From Salisapilia sapeloensis CBS 127946 (lineage: Eukaryota; Protista; Oomycota), in contig JAADVB010000012.1 of the NCBI GenBank assembly GCA_023334545.1, positions 78,416 to 142,415 on the forward strand: a DNA stretch of 64,000 nt, written 5' to 3'. How positions within the stretch are numbered: the first letter of the stretch is position 1; each line of letters begins with the position of its first letter. This document shows positions 21,103-31,904 of the stretch, piece by piece. Below the pieces are notes generated by a model that did not search any database, had not been told where the DNA came from, and saw only the letters and a list, made by a program, of their open reading frames with translations. A program made the translations under genes and the position numbers.

Positions 21103-24100
21103 TTATGCATCCAAGACACTCTGCAGCGTCCGTTGCTTCTTGCCTACGTCTCCTTTGGTCTCTGTCTTCCGCTTCTTCGAGTCACTACCAGAACTACCAG
21201 GGGACGACTTCTGATGGAAGTTCCTCTTCGCCGACGATGCAGTCGCTCGACTCAATCGATCTAGTCCGGCATTCTCCTTCTCCGGCACTCGTCCTTCTTT
21301 CTTCAGTCGTTCATGCTCCGACAAGAGTTTCTCATACTCTTGTTGCAACCGATTGTAGTCCTCTTTCATCTTGGCATGATAATGAATCTTTTGCTTATTA
21401 TTCGCATGCCCACCCAGACGCATATTCTCCTTTTGCAACGAAGACACTTGTGTCTCTAGTTCCTTTCGTTTCTTTTCCAACTCGACCTTGTCCCCTTCCA
21501 CTTCCTTCAATCGTCGACGTACATCCCCCGTCTTCTTCGTCATCTCTGCTTTCTCTTCCTTTAGCTTCTCGACTTGTTTATCCGATGCCGTCCGTCGTTC
21601 TAATTCAGCTCGCTGCGTCTTACATAACGCATGTGCTTTCTCCAGTTCATGCGTCGCTAGCTTGAGTTTCTTTTCTAGTCCGACATTCGCAGTCCGAGGT
21701 CCATCCTTTAGTTGTCGAACTTGTGCCTCCAGTTCATTCGTACGTCGCGTCTGTTCTAGTAGTTGCAGCTCGACTTCAGCATGCGAAGCTTTCGATTCTT
21801 TTAACTCATCCTGTGCTTTCCGCAGTTCCTCATTCGAGTGTTCTTTCGTTTCCAACATAGACACTTGTTGCTGTAAGGAACCAACTTGCTCTTGAAGGCT
21901 TTCTACTAGCTCTTCAGCTGTGCTTTTCTCTTTTTCAAGACAAGTGACTTGAGAACGAAGGGTTTCTAACTCCTTCGTACTAGTAGAAGATAGTTCCTGA
22001 TGCTGTGTCTCTAGAAGCTGTTTGGCTTGAGATGCATCAGATAGTTGCTGCTCTAGTGTCTCGACGTCTGATGATCGGCAAGACAGCTCCTTTTGCAGAT
22101 TGTCATATTGCTCCTGAAGAGTTTTCATCTGATGTTCAACTTGCTCTAGCTGCTGTTGACTCTCGAGTAGACGATCTTGATGGCTCTTGGCTTCTTCCAC
22201 TGCCTTTGCTTCGCGACGTTCCGTGTCTTGGAGTGTCGACTCGAGTGTCTTCTTTTCATTCGAGAGCGAAGAAGACTGTTGCTGGATACTTTCCAACTCT
22301 TTCGACTTGTCGTCGACTTGCTTCTGCAGCTTTTGCATCTCGACTGTTCGGTTCTGTCGTGCCTCCTCTATCTCCTGACGTTCCGACTCGAGCTCTTTAG
22401 TCTTTTGATTGCTTTCAGATTCAAGACGAGAGATCGTATCATCCTTTATCTTCATCTGTGACTTGAGAGAAGTCATCTGAAGACGTACTTGTTCTAGATC
22501 TTCTTCTACCGCACTCTTCTCCGACAAGAGCTGCTTCTTATCTCTTGCAAACGTCGTTTCCACCTCTTCTTTTGCCTTTTTCAAAGCAGTAAACTCTGTC
22601 TCCATCTCTTTTACACGCTCTAGACGCTCTTGACTCTGCTTTTCAATCTTTTCTTTCTGACGAACAAAGTCTTGTCGATCATCTTGCAATTGCTTCTCAT
22701 AAGCTTGTATCTGTTCTAGCTGATGGCAAGTTGTAGAAGTAAGAGATTTAATCTTGTCATCCTTTTCTTGTACTTGAGCGGAGAGAGATGACACGTCGGA
22801 CTTGGAAGCTTCTAAAGCAGAGTCAAGATGACGCTTTTCCTCGACTAGCTGCTCCTTGGCATTCGTCCACTTATGTTGCATGTCATCGCGTTCTTTCAAA
22901 ATAAAGTCCTTTTCTTCCCGAAGCTCATGTAGACGACCATTCAACTCTTTTTCGACTTGAGATTTACTCGTAAGAGCGTCTTGCAGCTTTTGCTCTTTCA
23001 ATCGCAACTCTTCCTCCACTTGTTTCTTGTCTGCTTCCAACTGACGTGTCTTGTTCCTTTCTTCTTCATGATCTTGTTCAAGCTGTTGGAAAGTAGTGTT
23101 TACTTGGTCCAATTGCTTCTCTAGTCCATCCTTTGTCGCTTGGATATTGGACATCTCATGCTCAAGTCTCTCCAGCTCCTTCTTTCTCTCAAGATGAAGA
23201 GCTTCAAGGCGCTTTTCCATTTCCTCTTTCGCGGTCGATAGGTTGCTGCATTCCTCCTCTCTTTCCTTTAACCGGCTCTCCAGATGCGTCTTGTCTATAT
23301 TCAAACGCTTCTCTTCTTCCTGTCTCGCGTGAAGATCCTTTTCCATCGTTTCCATCTTTCCCTCTGTCTTACTCAATTGATCCTTTAGCTCCTTCTCTTC
23401 TTTCTCCATCTCCATCACTTGACGTCGTACTCCCTCCACTTCTTCCTGTTTTTCTACCTGAAGGCATTGTAGCTTGTGTTCCAACTCGGACACACGTCGT
23501 CGCTCTTGTTCCTGTGCTTGAACCAATTGCTGATACAAGTCTCGCTTCATCTCTTCGAGCTCTTGCATCTTCTTCCACTCGATCCCATGTCCTTTCTGTC
23601 TCTCTTCCAATAAAGCATGTTGGATCTGAGCATACTGCTTCTCCAGTTCTTCCTTTGCTCTCGACTTTTGTGTCAACTGCATCTCCAATTCCTTCACATG
23701 CATCTCATACTTGTGTTCTATCGCTTGTCTTTGTAAGTCCGCTGCTCTGACTTTATTCAATTGATCTTGTAGCACTTGATTCATCTCGTTTAGAGACTCC
23801 AGTTGAGCATCTTCAGATAAATCCATCGGAACGTCATCTTTATCCAAACGTTCCAACAAGTCATGCTTATCATGAATCACACTTGCCAATTGCTTCGAAG
23901 TGCTTTCGAGCATACCTTCCAATAGCTTTAGCTTAGCAGCATCTCCACCAGTACTCTCAACTTCTTCCAATCGACGTTTGACGTCATCATGCTTCAATCG
24001 CCATTCAATCGCGTCTGGAGGTGGGACGTAATCTGCTTCTGGAATACGCTCGTCGCCATTACGAGAACTCTGGAGACGAAGAAGCAGTTTAAAGTGGAGA

Positions 24101-25497
24101 ATGCGCTTTTCCAACGTCGACACGAGTTCCAACGATTTGTCACTACGTACTTCAAGCTGATCGTTCAGACGCTGGAGCCTGCTACTTGCATCTAATGCTG
24201 ATGCCAAAGCATCCTCCAAGTCCCGCACACGTTCACTCGTCACACCTTCTGCTTCTGACACTGGAGTCGACGCTATGGTCTGTGCAGTCGGATGATGAAG
24301 CTGTTCACGCAATCGACGGATCTCATCTTGTAGCTGCAAGACACTTCCAGACGTATCTTCATTGATAATCGCGTGGTTGCGTATCTTCTTTGCCCGTCGA
24401 GCAAACTTTAGCGTCGATAGCGTTTCAAAAGCCGAGTCTTCTGCTGGTGAAACAGTTGCAATCATGAATGTCTTTGAGTTACCACCAAGAGAATCTTTTA
24501 ACAAGAATGTGAGCTTTGAATCCCGATAATGCACGTGTCGATCTTTTCCTTGTGACTGTTCCGCTAGCCCCATGATGACGTTACCTAAGGCTGAAAGAGA
24601 CTTGTTAATACTCCCTGCTTCCTTTAGACGATCTCCAAGTGTCTCGGCACTACGCTGTCGTTCAGACCCGGCAAGATCCACGAGATTAAATCTCGATCGA
24701 CGGATCTTAGTTACGCCATTTGCAAGTGACTCTTTCGTCTGGATCTGAAGAATGAAGACACTGTGGGAACGACTGGACTCTCGGTTCATCGCCGTTTGGC
24801 CGACGCGACGGTTGCGTGCACCTGCAGCCATAATTTCGGTAGCTCGTTGCGGTGAAGTCGCTTCTTCCTGGATCAAACCATCGACGACGACGCCCATGCG
24901 TCCCATCTCTCGAAGCTGGAGACCAACAGCGTCGTGAGTACTACCCCCATCCAGCAAATCGTACACCCTTTCATTGTAGATTTCCAGGAACGAACAAGTA
25001 AAGCTGTGTTCTACGCTCTCGACCTTTTCATCTGCATTCTCTGGTTCCTCCGATGGCATGCTATTCAACGCATCTTGAAACAAATAGTCAAACACACGCG
25101 GTACAAGACCTTTAGACGACGACGATTGGGTATCATGTTCATCCGGACCTTGCATCGTATACGTTTTACCAGACCCTGTCTGTCCGTACGCAAAGATAGT
25201 TCCGTTATAACCACGTAAACAAGCCTGTGTAATCGGACGTCCGACGGTATCAAAAACCTGCTCTTGTGTCGAGTCCTCACCAAACACTCGATCGTACGTA
25301 AACGTCTTGGGACCTCCAGGTGCCTGTTTTCCATGCAACAGCAACGTCTGATGCGTATTATCATTCGCGACAGACACGCACTTGCGAATGTGTGAGACTT
25401 GAGGTCCATGAAAGGAGCCTCCATGCCACTCTCGATCGTTTGGAGGCCGCACGCGACAGAAGACCTGAACGTTGCTCCCGCGCGCATCCGTTGCCAT
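21103..25497 (-). CDS. KIF15: Kinesin-12 (KIF15/Xklp2-like), intronless
   Basis: Motor motifs GQTGSGKT, NRESSRSH and LVDLAGSE; long coiled coil; C-terminal HMMR-like LGGHANNKQKIHYHAKMKEDY. Confidence 0.88.
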   Translation of the reverse strand: MATDARGSNVQVFCRVRPPNDREWHGGSFHGPQVSHIRKCVSVANDNTHQTLLLHGKQAPGGPKTFTYDRVFGEDSTQEQVFDTVGRPITQACLRGYNGTIFAYGQTGSGKTYTMQGPDEHDTQSSSSKGLVPRVFDYLFQDALNSMPSEEPENADEKVESVEHSFTCSFLEIYNERVYDLLDGGSTHDAVGLQLREMGRMGVVVDGLIQEEATSPQRATEIMAAGARNRRVGQTAMNRESSRSHSVFILQIQTKESLANGVTKIRRSRFNLVDLAGSERQRSAETLGDRLKEAGSINKSLSALGNVIMGLAEQSQGKDRHVHYRDSKLTFLLKDSLGGNSKTFMIATVSPAEDSAFETLSTLKFARRAKKIRNHAIINEDTSGSVLQLQDEIRRLREQLHHPTAQTIASTPVSEAEGVTSERVRDLEDALASALDASSRLQRLNDQLEVRSDKSLELVSTLEKRILHFKLLLRLQSSRNGDERIPEADYVPPPDAIEWRLKHDDVKRRLEEVESTGGDAAKLKLLEGMLESTSKQLASVIHDKHDLLERLDKDDVPMDLSEDAQLESLNEMNQVLQDQLNKVRAADLQRQAIEHKYEMHVKELEMQLTQKSRAKEELEKQYAQIQHALLEERQKGHGIEWKKMQELEEMKRDLYQQLVQAQEQERRRVSELEHKLQCLQVEKQEEVEGVRRQVMEMEKEEKELKDQLSKTEGKMETMEKDLHARQEEEKRLNIDKTHLESRLKEREEECSNLSTAKEEMEKRLEALHLERKKELERLEHEMSNIQATKDGLEKQLDQVNTTFQQLEQDHEEERNKTRQLEADKKQVEEELRLKEQKLQDALTSKSQVEKELNGRLHELREEKDFILKERDDMQHKWTNAKEQLVEEKRHLDSALEASKSDVSSLSAQVQEKDDKIKSLTSTTCHQLEQIQAYEKQLQDDRQDFVRQKEKIEKQSQERLERVKEMETEFTALKKAKEEVETTFARDKKQLLSEKSAVEEDLEQVRLQMTSLKSQMKIKDDTISRLESESNQKTKELESERQEIEEARQNRTVEMQKLQKQVDDKSKELESIQQQSSSLSNEKKTLESTLQDTERREAKAVEEAKSHQDRLLESQQQLEQVEHQMKTLQEQYDNLQKELSCRSSDVETLEQQLSDASQAKQLLETQHQELSSTSTKELETLRSQVTCLEKEKSTAEELVESLQEQVGSLQQQVSMLETKEHSNEELRKAQDELKESKASHAEVELQLLEQTRRTNELEAQVRQLKDGPRTANVGLEKKLKLATHELEKAHALCKTQRAELERRTASDKQVEKLKEEKAEMTKKTGDVRRRLKEVEGDKVELEKKRKELETQVSSLQKENMRLGGHANNKQKIHYHAKMKEDYNRLQQEYEKLLSEHERLKKEGRVPEKENAGLDRLSRATASSAKRNFHQKSSPGSSGSDSKKRKTETKGDVGKKQRTLQSVLDA

Positions 25498-25713
25498 GGT
25501 CAACGTGTGCCTTTTGTTGTCTTTTGGAGTTTTCTTTTGTGTTTTCTTTTGGCGGGAAGATTTGAATTGAATATACAAATATCAAATGAAATATGTTCTA
25601 CGAGACTCTTGAAAAGAAAAAGAAAAGAAATTGGTGCCAATCGAACGAAGTGTTGAATTGGAAGCAAAAGAGAGAGATGGTAAAGCTCTAGGCATGAGAA
25701 ATTGTCTAGAGGT

Positions 25714-26396
25714 TTAGTGATCTTCGTTTTCACAGAACTCGGCATACGCTTTTTCATCCATGAGACCTTCAAGTTCCGACGCATCATCCACCTAAGACAT
25801 GGCAAAGATAAAAAATGAGGCATGAACAAGTTGTAATGGAAATGTAAAGTCTACGCACCTGGATCTTCATAAACCAGCCTTCTCCTTCCGGATCTTCATT
25901 GACGAGGTGCGGGTTCTCGGCCAATTCCTACGAGATTGGATGACCAAGAATCAGAATCAGATCTTCTTGAAGCAGAAGGAGACGCATGTACCTCGTTGAT
26001 GCCGGTGACTTTACCGCCGGCAGGAGCATACACGTCGCTCGCAGCCTTGACGGATTCAACCGCGCCAAAGGCTTCCCTAGAATCCATGTAAAAACAACGT
26101 AAGTGCAAGCTCGAGCATACAAATTATCATCAAAATACGCACTCTTTCTTGAAGGCGTCTCCAATGGACGGCAAGTCGACGAACACGACATCACCGAGCT
26201 GGTTTTGCGCAAAGTCGGTAATTCCGACGGTCGCTTCGGCGCCGTCCAGCGAAATGTACTCGTGCTGCTGCGTGTACTTGGTCGAGAAGTTGGCCGCAAG
26301 CGACGACGATCTCGAGAGGTTCACGAGAGCATTGGATTTTGCAACCTTGGGCACTGCTCGCGAAAGCAGAGTCGCTGCACGTACTGCCATAACCAT
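25714..26396 (-). CDS. GCSH: Glycine cleavage system H protein, mitochondrial, 4 exons
   Basis: Contains [26 protein letters not shown], the lipoyl site [13 protein letters not shown] and EGWFMKI; the last exon ends CENEDH-stop. Confidence 0.95.
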
Positions 26397-26538
26397 TATC
26401 CTCTTGTTCCGAACGTCGCAAAAGATGATGTGAACGGATTGGTACCTCCCGCATACAAACGTCAAGTCAAATCGCAAGTCTATGTTTTAATCCAGTCAAG
26501 TTCAAGTCGACCATTTCGCACCAATTGTCACGGCCACG

Positions 26539-28360
26539 ATGCTACGAGTACTTGGCACCGGATTATCTCGTGCTGGCGGTGGTGTTCATGCAATCAGGCA
26601 ACATCACCGGCCTTGCATGGTACCTGCAAGCCCTTTGCAATACTTAAAAACAGACTATGCGAGGTCAATGAGCTCTGAAAGCCGTGATAAACTGGTGAAG
26701 CGAAAGGTGGCATTCGTCGCTGGCTACAATGGGAATAGTTATCATGGCGTGCAGTTAAATGACAGTGTTCCAACGGTGGAGCACCAATTGCGACAGGCTT
26801 TGTTTGACTGTGGAGCTATTCGTGAATCTAACTTTGAAGATTTGTCCAAAATCGACTGGGCTCGAAGTAGTCGGACGGACAAAGGCGTCCATGCTGGCTG
26901 CATTGTGGTACGTCTCTTTCTCTTCCGTTTAGCCCTGTAGCCACTGCATTTCTCCTGTTGACTTGATGCAATTATATAACGCTGCCTATATAGTTTTCTG
27001 CTAAGCTACTGATCGATGAAGACGCGATTGACTCTCGAACAGACCGTATCCCATACCTTACCGAAGCTGTGAATGCTCGTCTACCTGAAAGTATTCGCAT
27101 CTTCTCCTTTACACGTGTTCACAAGCGTTTTAACGCTCGACATAACTGTGTCCTTCGAGACTATGAGTACTTCCTCCCTCTTTCGTTTTTTCAAGAAAGT
27201 CAAATCGATGGATCGAAAGTAGATATTGACGAAGCGATTGCAACGTTCTGCTCTGCTTTACGTCAATATGAAGGTGTACATGACTTTCATAACTTTACCA
27301 AGTCCCGATCGTTCTTCTATCGTCGACGGGCAAAGTACATGCAAGAGAGTACAAGTAATGAAGACGAGAGTGCTGAAGCAACGTTTGAGACGCAGTTTAT
27401 TAATGAAGAGAAGACGGAACGTAAGAAACTACCTCGTCATCGTCGTGCTGTCTACTCTTGCTCCGCTTCGCGCATTGAAGATTTTTGTGGCACATCCTAC
27501 GTCCGTGTTCACGTCGTCGGCCAAGCATTTCTACTCAATCAGATCCGATGCATGATCGGAGGTGCCTTTGCTCTCGCGACGAATCAAATGTCTCAAACGG
27601 CATTTGACGCTGCGTTGGAGACGAATCGAGTCGTTCGTGTCCCGATTGCTCCACCAGACGGACTCGTCCTCTTGAGCTGTACGTTAGGAGGCAAGATGCA
27701 TGCCGTATCTCTCCTGCCAGATCCGAATACAGAGCTCGCGAAGGAACGAAAGGACTTGACGCATCGAGTGTTGCTTGGAAAGAAAGAGGACAATCAGATG
27801 AGCAAGTTCCGGGAGGAAGTGATCTATCCAGAAGTCCATGCTGCTTGGCAGGAAGCGGATATGGAACGATGGAGAGCATACTTGGAACGTGTGATTGAGA
27901 CGAATGAAGAGTTAAATGAGAGTGACTTGGAAACGGCGTTGGAACAAGTACGTGAAGAGCGGGAAGGAAAGGATCGCAAGCGACAGGAGTTTGCCGAGAA
28001 GAGGCGCAAAGAGGCAGCGGAGAGAGAAGCCAAGGAACCGCTGATGGGCAAAGGAGGAAGTGCTTTGCCACGACAGTTTACTACCAAGTTGTGCGTGCAC
28101 TATGGTGTCGCTCCTGGGATCTTCACTGGTGACTTACAGCGTGCAATCTCCAAGGTATGTACATGAGGTATATGGATATGTGACTCGTATTGATTTTGTA
28201 TTCTTAGCACTTTCGACTGGGCTACATTCCATTGGAAGCGACAGAAGACGAGGTGCTCGAGTACATTGATGCCACGGGTGTAGAGAAACTGGTAAAGGAA
28301 GGTCGGCATCTTCGTCAGGCGCAACAGTCGACACCGATGCCTCGTCGTAACAAACAATAG
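26539..28360 (+). CDS. PUS1: tRNA pseudouridine synthase TruA/Pus1 family; introns 26908-26993 and 28155-28207
   Basis: Contains YNGNSYHGVQ, catalytic SSRTDKGVHA, HDFHNFT and GQAFLLNQIRCMIG; the N-terminus looks like a presequence. Confidence 0.9.
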
Positions 28361-28381
28361 ATAGGTCTTTTGCAACGGTGT

Positions 28382-29203
28382 TTAGTTCTCCACGACTGCT
28401 ACAAGTGTACCAGATGTGACTTTCGTACGTCGAACGAGACCTCTACCTTCCATGTCAGACAGATGGTAGTCTAGCGGCAGTGTTGAATGCCGTAGCTTGC
28501 GTTTCTTGAGCTGAGTTTCGGCTACTTCCTTGTATTTCGTTCGTTTTAAAGTCGATAGAAGCGTCGAGCGAGTTTTTGACAGAGCTGTCACGAGCTTACC
28601 GATCCCTGGTAAGGATAATGTAAAGCTCTCGTGGTGCAGACTTGTCGTGGACCGAAGGAATCCGATGCGTTGTAGCCAAATAGCATACTGACGCGCACTC
28701 TCGACGCTTATTTCACTGCTTATGGTCCGTTTGGCGTTCATAGCACCATGCAGATATGCAATAGTGATAGACGATTCCATGCAGACATCTTGTAAAATAT
28801 TTCGAAGCTGCTTTAGAGCTGCAAGTTGGCTACTTTTGCTATCACATGACGGACGAGATGTGATTTTCTCCATGCTCGAGTCAATACAAGCTTCATAGGT
28901 GGCAAATTGAACGAGAACGTAGTCTTCCTTTCCAGTCGGAATAGGAAAGCTGATTAAAGTCTTATTCAATTGATGCTCATGCACGCTCTGGTCCACTCGC
29001 GTCCGATTCGGTAGCACAGCGTAGAGTTGGTGCCACAGAACGAGCGGTGGGAGCTTCCATTCACGAAAACCCTTGGCACTACGACTATGGATCAATTCCA
29101 ACGTCGCTAACACATCATCGACGATATCGTCAGTTACTTCCCATTCGTCCTCTGCCTCTACGGCCGATCGCTGCGTCGGAGCAGGCCGACGCCGACGGAG
29201 CAT
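28382..29203 (-). CDS. STK19: STK19-family winged-helix protein
   Basis: PPLVLWHQLYAVLPNRTRVDQ, LSLPGIG and LDYHLSDMEGRGLV resemble the STK19 family as recalled. Confidence 0.75.
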   Translation of the reverse strand: MLRRRRPAPTQRSAVEAEDEWEVTDDIVDDVLATLELIHSRSAKGFREWKLPPLVLWHQLYAVLPNRTRVDQSVHEHQLNKTLISFPIPTGKEDYVLVQFATYEACIDSSMEKITSRPSCDSKSSQLAALKQLRNILQDVCMESSITIAYLHGAMNAKRTISSEISVESARQYAIWLQRIGFLRSTTSLHHESFTLSLPGIGKLVTALSKTRSTLLSTLKRTKYKEVAETQLKKRKLRHSTLPLDYHLSDMEGRGLVRRTKVTSGTLVAVVEN

Positions 29204-29350
29204 AATGAGTCACTCGTTTAACTTGAAGTTTGTATGACGTTGGTTTTGGGTTTTCTCTGCATGCCTTTTGAAGCTACCAGTAGGTCCTTGACCAGCTTTT
29301 CTTCTACGAGAAGCGCAGGAAGTCGGTCGGAATTGTCAAGACTTGCGTAT

Positions 29351-30517
29351 ATGGGGCGCGAACCGCTAACGTCGTGGCTATGGCGGCTCTCGCGCCTCTG
29401 TTTGTCCGTCTGTCGATCATTTCCAGGCATGCTCGTCGCAACGACATCCTTTTCTTCATTCGGTATTTGCTCTATACTACTGTAAGTGAGCATTTGGCTT
29501 ACGCTAGTGTGTAGTCCGTGGGCATGTGGAGATCACTGTCCAAGACTACTCGTTTAAAGGTAGTGTGGTCGTGTATTAGTCGTAAAAAGCATGAATTCCG
29601 ACATGACATGATGATGATAGGGACGAAAGAGCAGGATGTCGCGGTCATTGAAGCCGCCGAGTTCCAAACTTCCGACCTTCCTCGCGTTCTTGAAAGTATA
29701 ATTTGTCATATAAAATCATGTATGTCCTTCTGACGATGGGATAGCTCTCGCAGATCCAGACAGTCGACGCCTAATGCCGACATCTGGTAGTCTCACCTTT
29801 GATGACAAAGACTCGGACCTATCTGAGAGAGACGTTGCGGTTCTACTTATGCTACTCATGCTTAGTTTCCACCTCGCTAATTGCGGATTTAATTTCGTTC
29901 GTTCCATGTTTGCAAAACGAGGACAAACTACCCACAAATCTCTTTTACTCTGCGATGCACCTCACCAGTGTGAAAAGCAGGCAGCTTTACAATTATTTCA
30001 TTTGCAATTTCTCTTGGCTGCGAGAAGATTGGAACAGCGAACAGATAATAACGTCTCGATACAGGAAGACCGTTCAGATGATGAGCAAGAGACTCGATTG
30101 CTACAAAGCGTACAGTCGATCGTGGGCGACGTACAGCATTTAAGTGTCTCTGAGCTATTGGAGTCTTTGGAATCACTTCATGTAACAGACGCAAAGTCGT
30201 TGACGGCAAGTATTGAAACGTACGTTGCAGAGATGAAGCGAGGGTTGGAAGAAGATGCTGAAAGTGCGTCCAAAGCCTGGGGTCGAATCCAGAGACTATA
30301 TTCCGGAACGTCGGATCGGAAACAGACTTGTAGAGTAAGTCAAGCAACGTTGCCTCGACGGCATACGTCACCGGGTGTCGGTATGAGAGAAGCTGGACGA
30401 AATGCTGTGTTGAAGAGATTGGCAGAGGATTTGCCGCATGGATTTACGCCAGAAATGTTTGCGACTTTGGGCAAGTCACTGAAAGAAAGTATTGGCGAGG
30501 AGCAACAACCAAGATGA
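29351..30517 (+). CDS. Hypothetical multi-exon protein; start uncertain (29351 or 29429)
   Basis: A 247-aa terminal ORF links upstream through phase-1 GT-AG introns (...SSF/VRGHVEITVQDYSFK/GTKEQDV...HIKS/YPDSRRLM). No motif recognised. Confidence 0.55.
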
Positions 30518-31344
30518 GGATGCGACTGTTTTTGCTGAAGATTGGCTTCTCACCGATGTATATCTCATCTCCTCCTCACAGGAACTTGGTTGTAAAAATA
30601 TAATTCTAACATGGTTCGGCAACTTTGTGTGATACGTGGACCACTTTTGACTAGAAATATGTATGCTAAACAGGAAATGGTCGCTAAGGTGAATCTACAA
30701 ATAGTACGCATTTGGCTTCGTCTCATGTTTGATAGAGATACTGTATGGGTTGATTTTTACGCCAAGTATATTGCTTCCTGCGTTTTAAAGAGCTTTATAA
30801 ATAGCTGTGCAAGCTTGTCGTGAATGCCGATTTAGTTCATGCGAATCGCTTTGCAAGTATCGCTACTTTGGCTTTCATATTGCGTAGAATTTGCTGTTGT
30901 AGGGATAGGAGTGAGAATTTTAACTACAAGAACGGGAAGAGCGTGGCAAGCAAAACATCTCTGTTTGAAGAAGTAACCTGTCATACGTACTATATAGCTT
31001 TATATCCAAGGATAAAGAGATTAAAACTAATATTTCATACGAGATGCGTCTAACGTGCATGCTGTCATTGCTTTCTTGCAGACACCTGTGATTCTGCAAA
31101 ACACCGATACAATATTATCCGAATCGACTAGACAAATGCCCGATTACTTTACACTCTTCTACTGTACTATAAATGATTACACCTTTTTCATTACTTTCGG
31201 TAAAAGGCTTGAAGCAAAATATCACCAACGGATCAATATAACAGAAATGGAATGCCTTTAACACACAAGTAGTGCTTATTCAGAACTCGTTCGTAGGCTA
31301 AAAGACAAATTCAGTGACAAGAACAACATTCTATATTGATCAAA

Positions 31345-31740
31345 CTAGGATGATTCTTTCGGCGTAAGGAATCGAGCGACCTCGTCGTCATTTTGTCCAT
31401 GGCCTTGTAGTCGCAGCTTGGAGTTGTCGTAGGCAAGCATCACACCTCCAAGTGTACCGATGATACCTGAGAATAGAAACCCAGGAACAGCAAGCGGCTT
31501 GGATAGCTGTCGGCCTATATATTTTGCTTTAATATTGCGTATTCCCAAGATACTTTATGTCACCATCATACCAATCAAATAGCCTAGTGGGAAGCACACC
31601 GCACCCAGTCCTGCGGCCTGGGTAAAGTCATTCTTGCTGCAATTTTCCCAAATCTGCTTTGTTGTCGGGTTTTCCAAGACCACCGGATATTTTGGTGTCC
31701 GATAGTCATTAAACACCGGAGGCTTCCGCTCTTCACTCAT
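31345..31740 (-). CDS. NUXM: Complex I 20.9 kDa (NUXM) family protein, paralog A; intron 31515-31571
   Basis: YPVVLENP..GYLIG/R..GTLGGVMLAYDNSKLRLQG..ND.EV matches the plant/fungal NUXM pattern as recalled. Confidence 0.82.
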
Positions 31741-31904
31741 TCTCCTCGTCTATTGTTTCGGTCGATGTGTGCTCAAGTAGCCACTCTTTCGTCCATACGT
31801 AATATTAGCTCTTTTACTAAACCACACACCACGAAAGAAATATTTATAAAAATTTCATTTCGAGTCTTCTCCCTATAGCTCCGACCTCCGCTCCCTCACT
31901 CGGC

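Noticed and set aside
23133-23750. 205-aa antisense ORF in KIF15, and similar ORFs at 21105, 33032 and 37224
   Set aside because: Ser/Leu/Pro/Phe-rich text is the reverse complement of Glu/Lys/Gln-rich coiled coils; there is no independent evidence.
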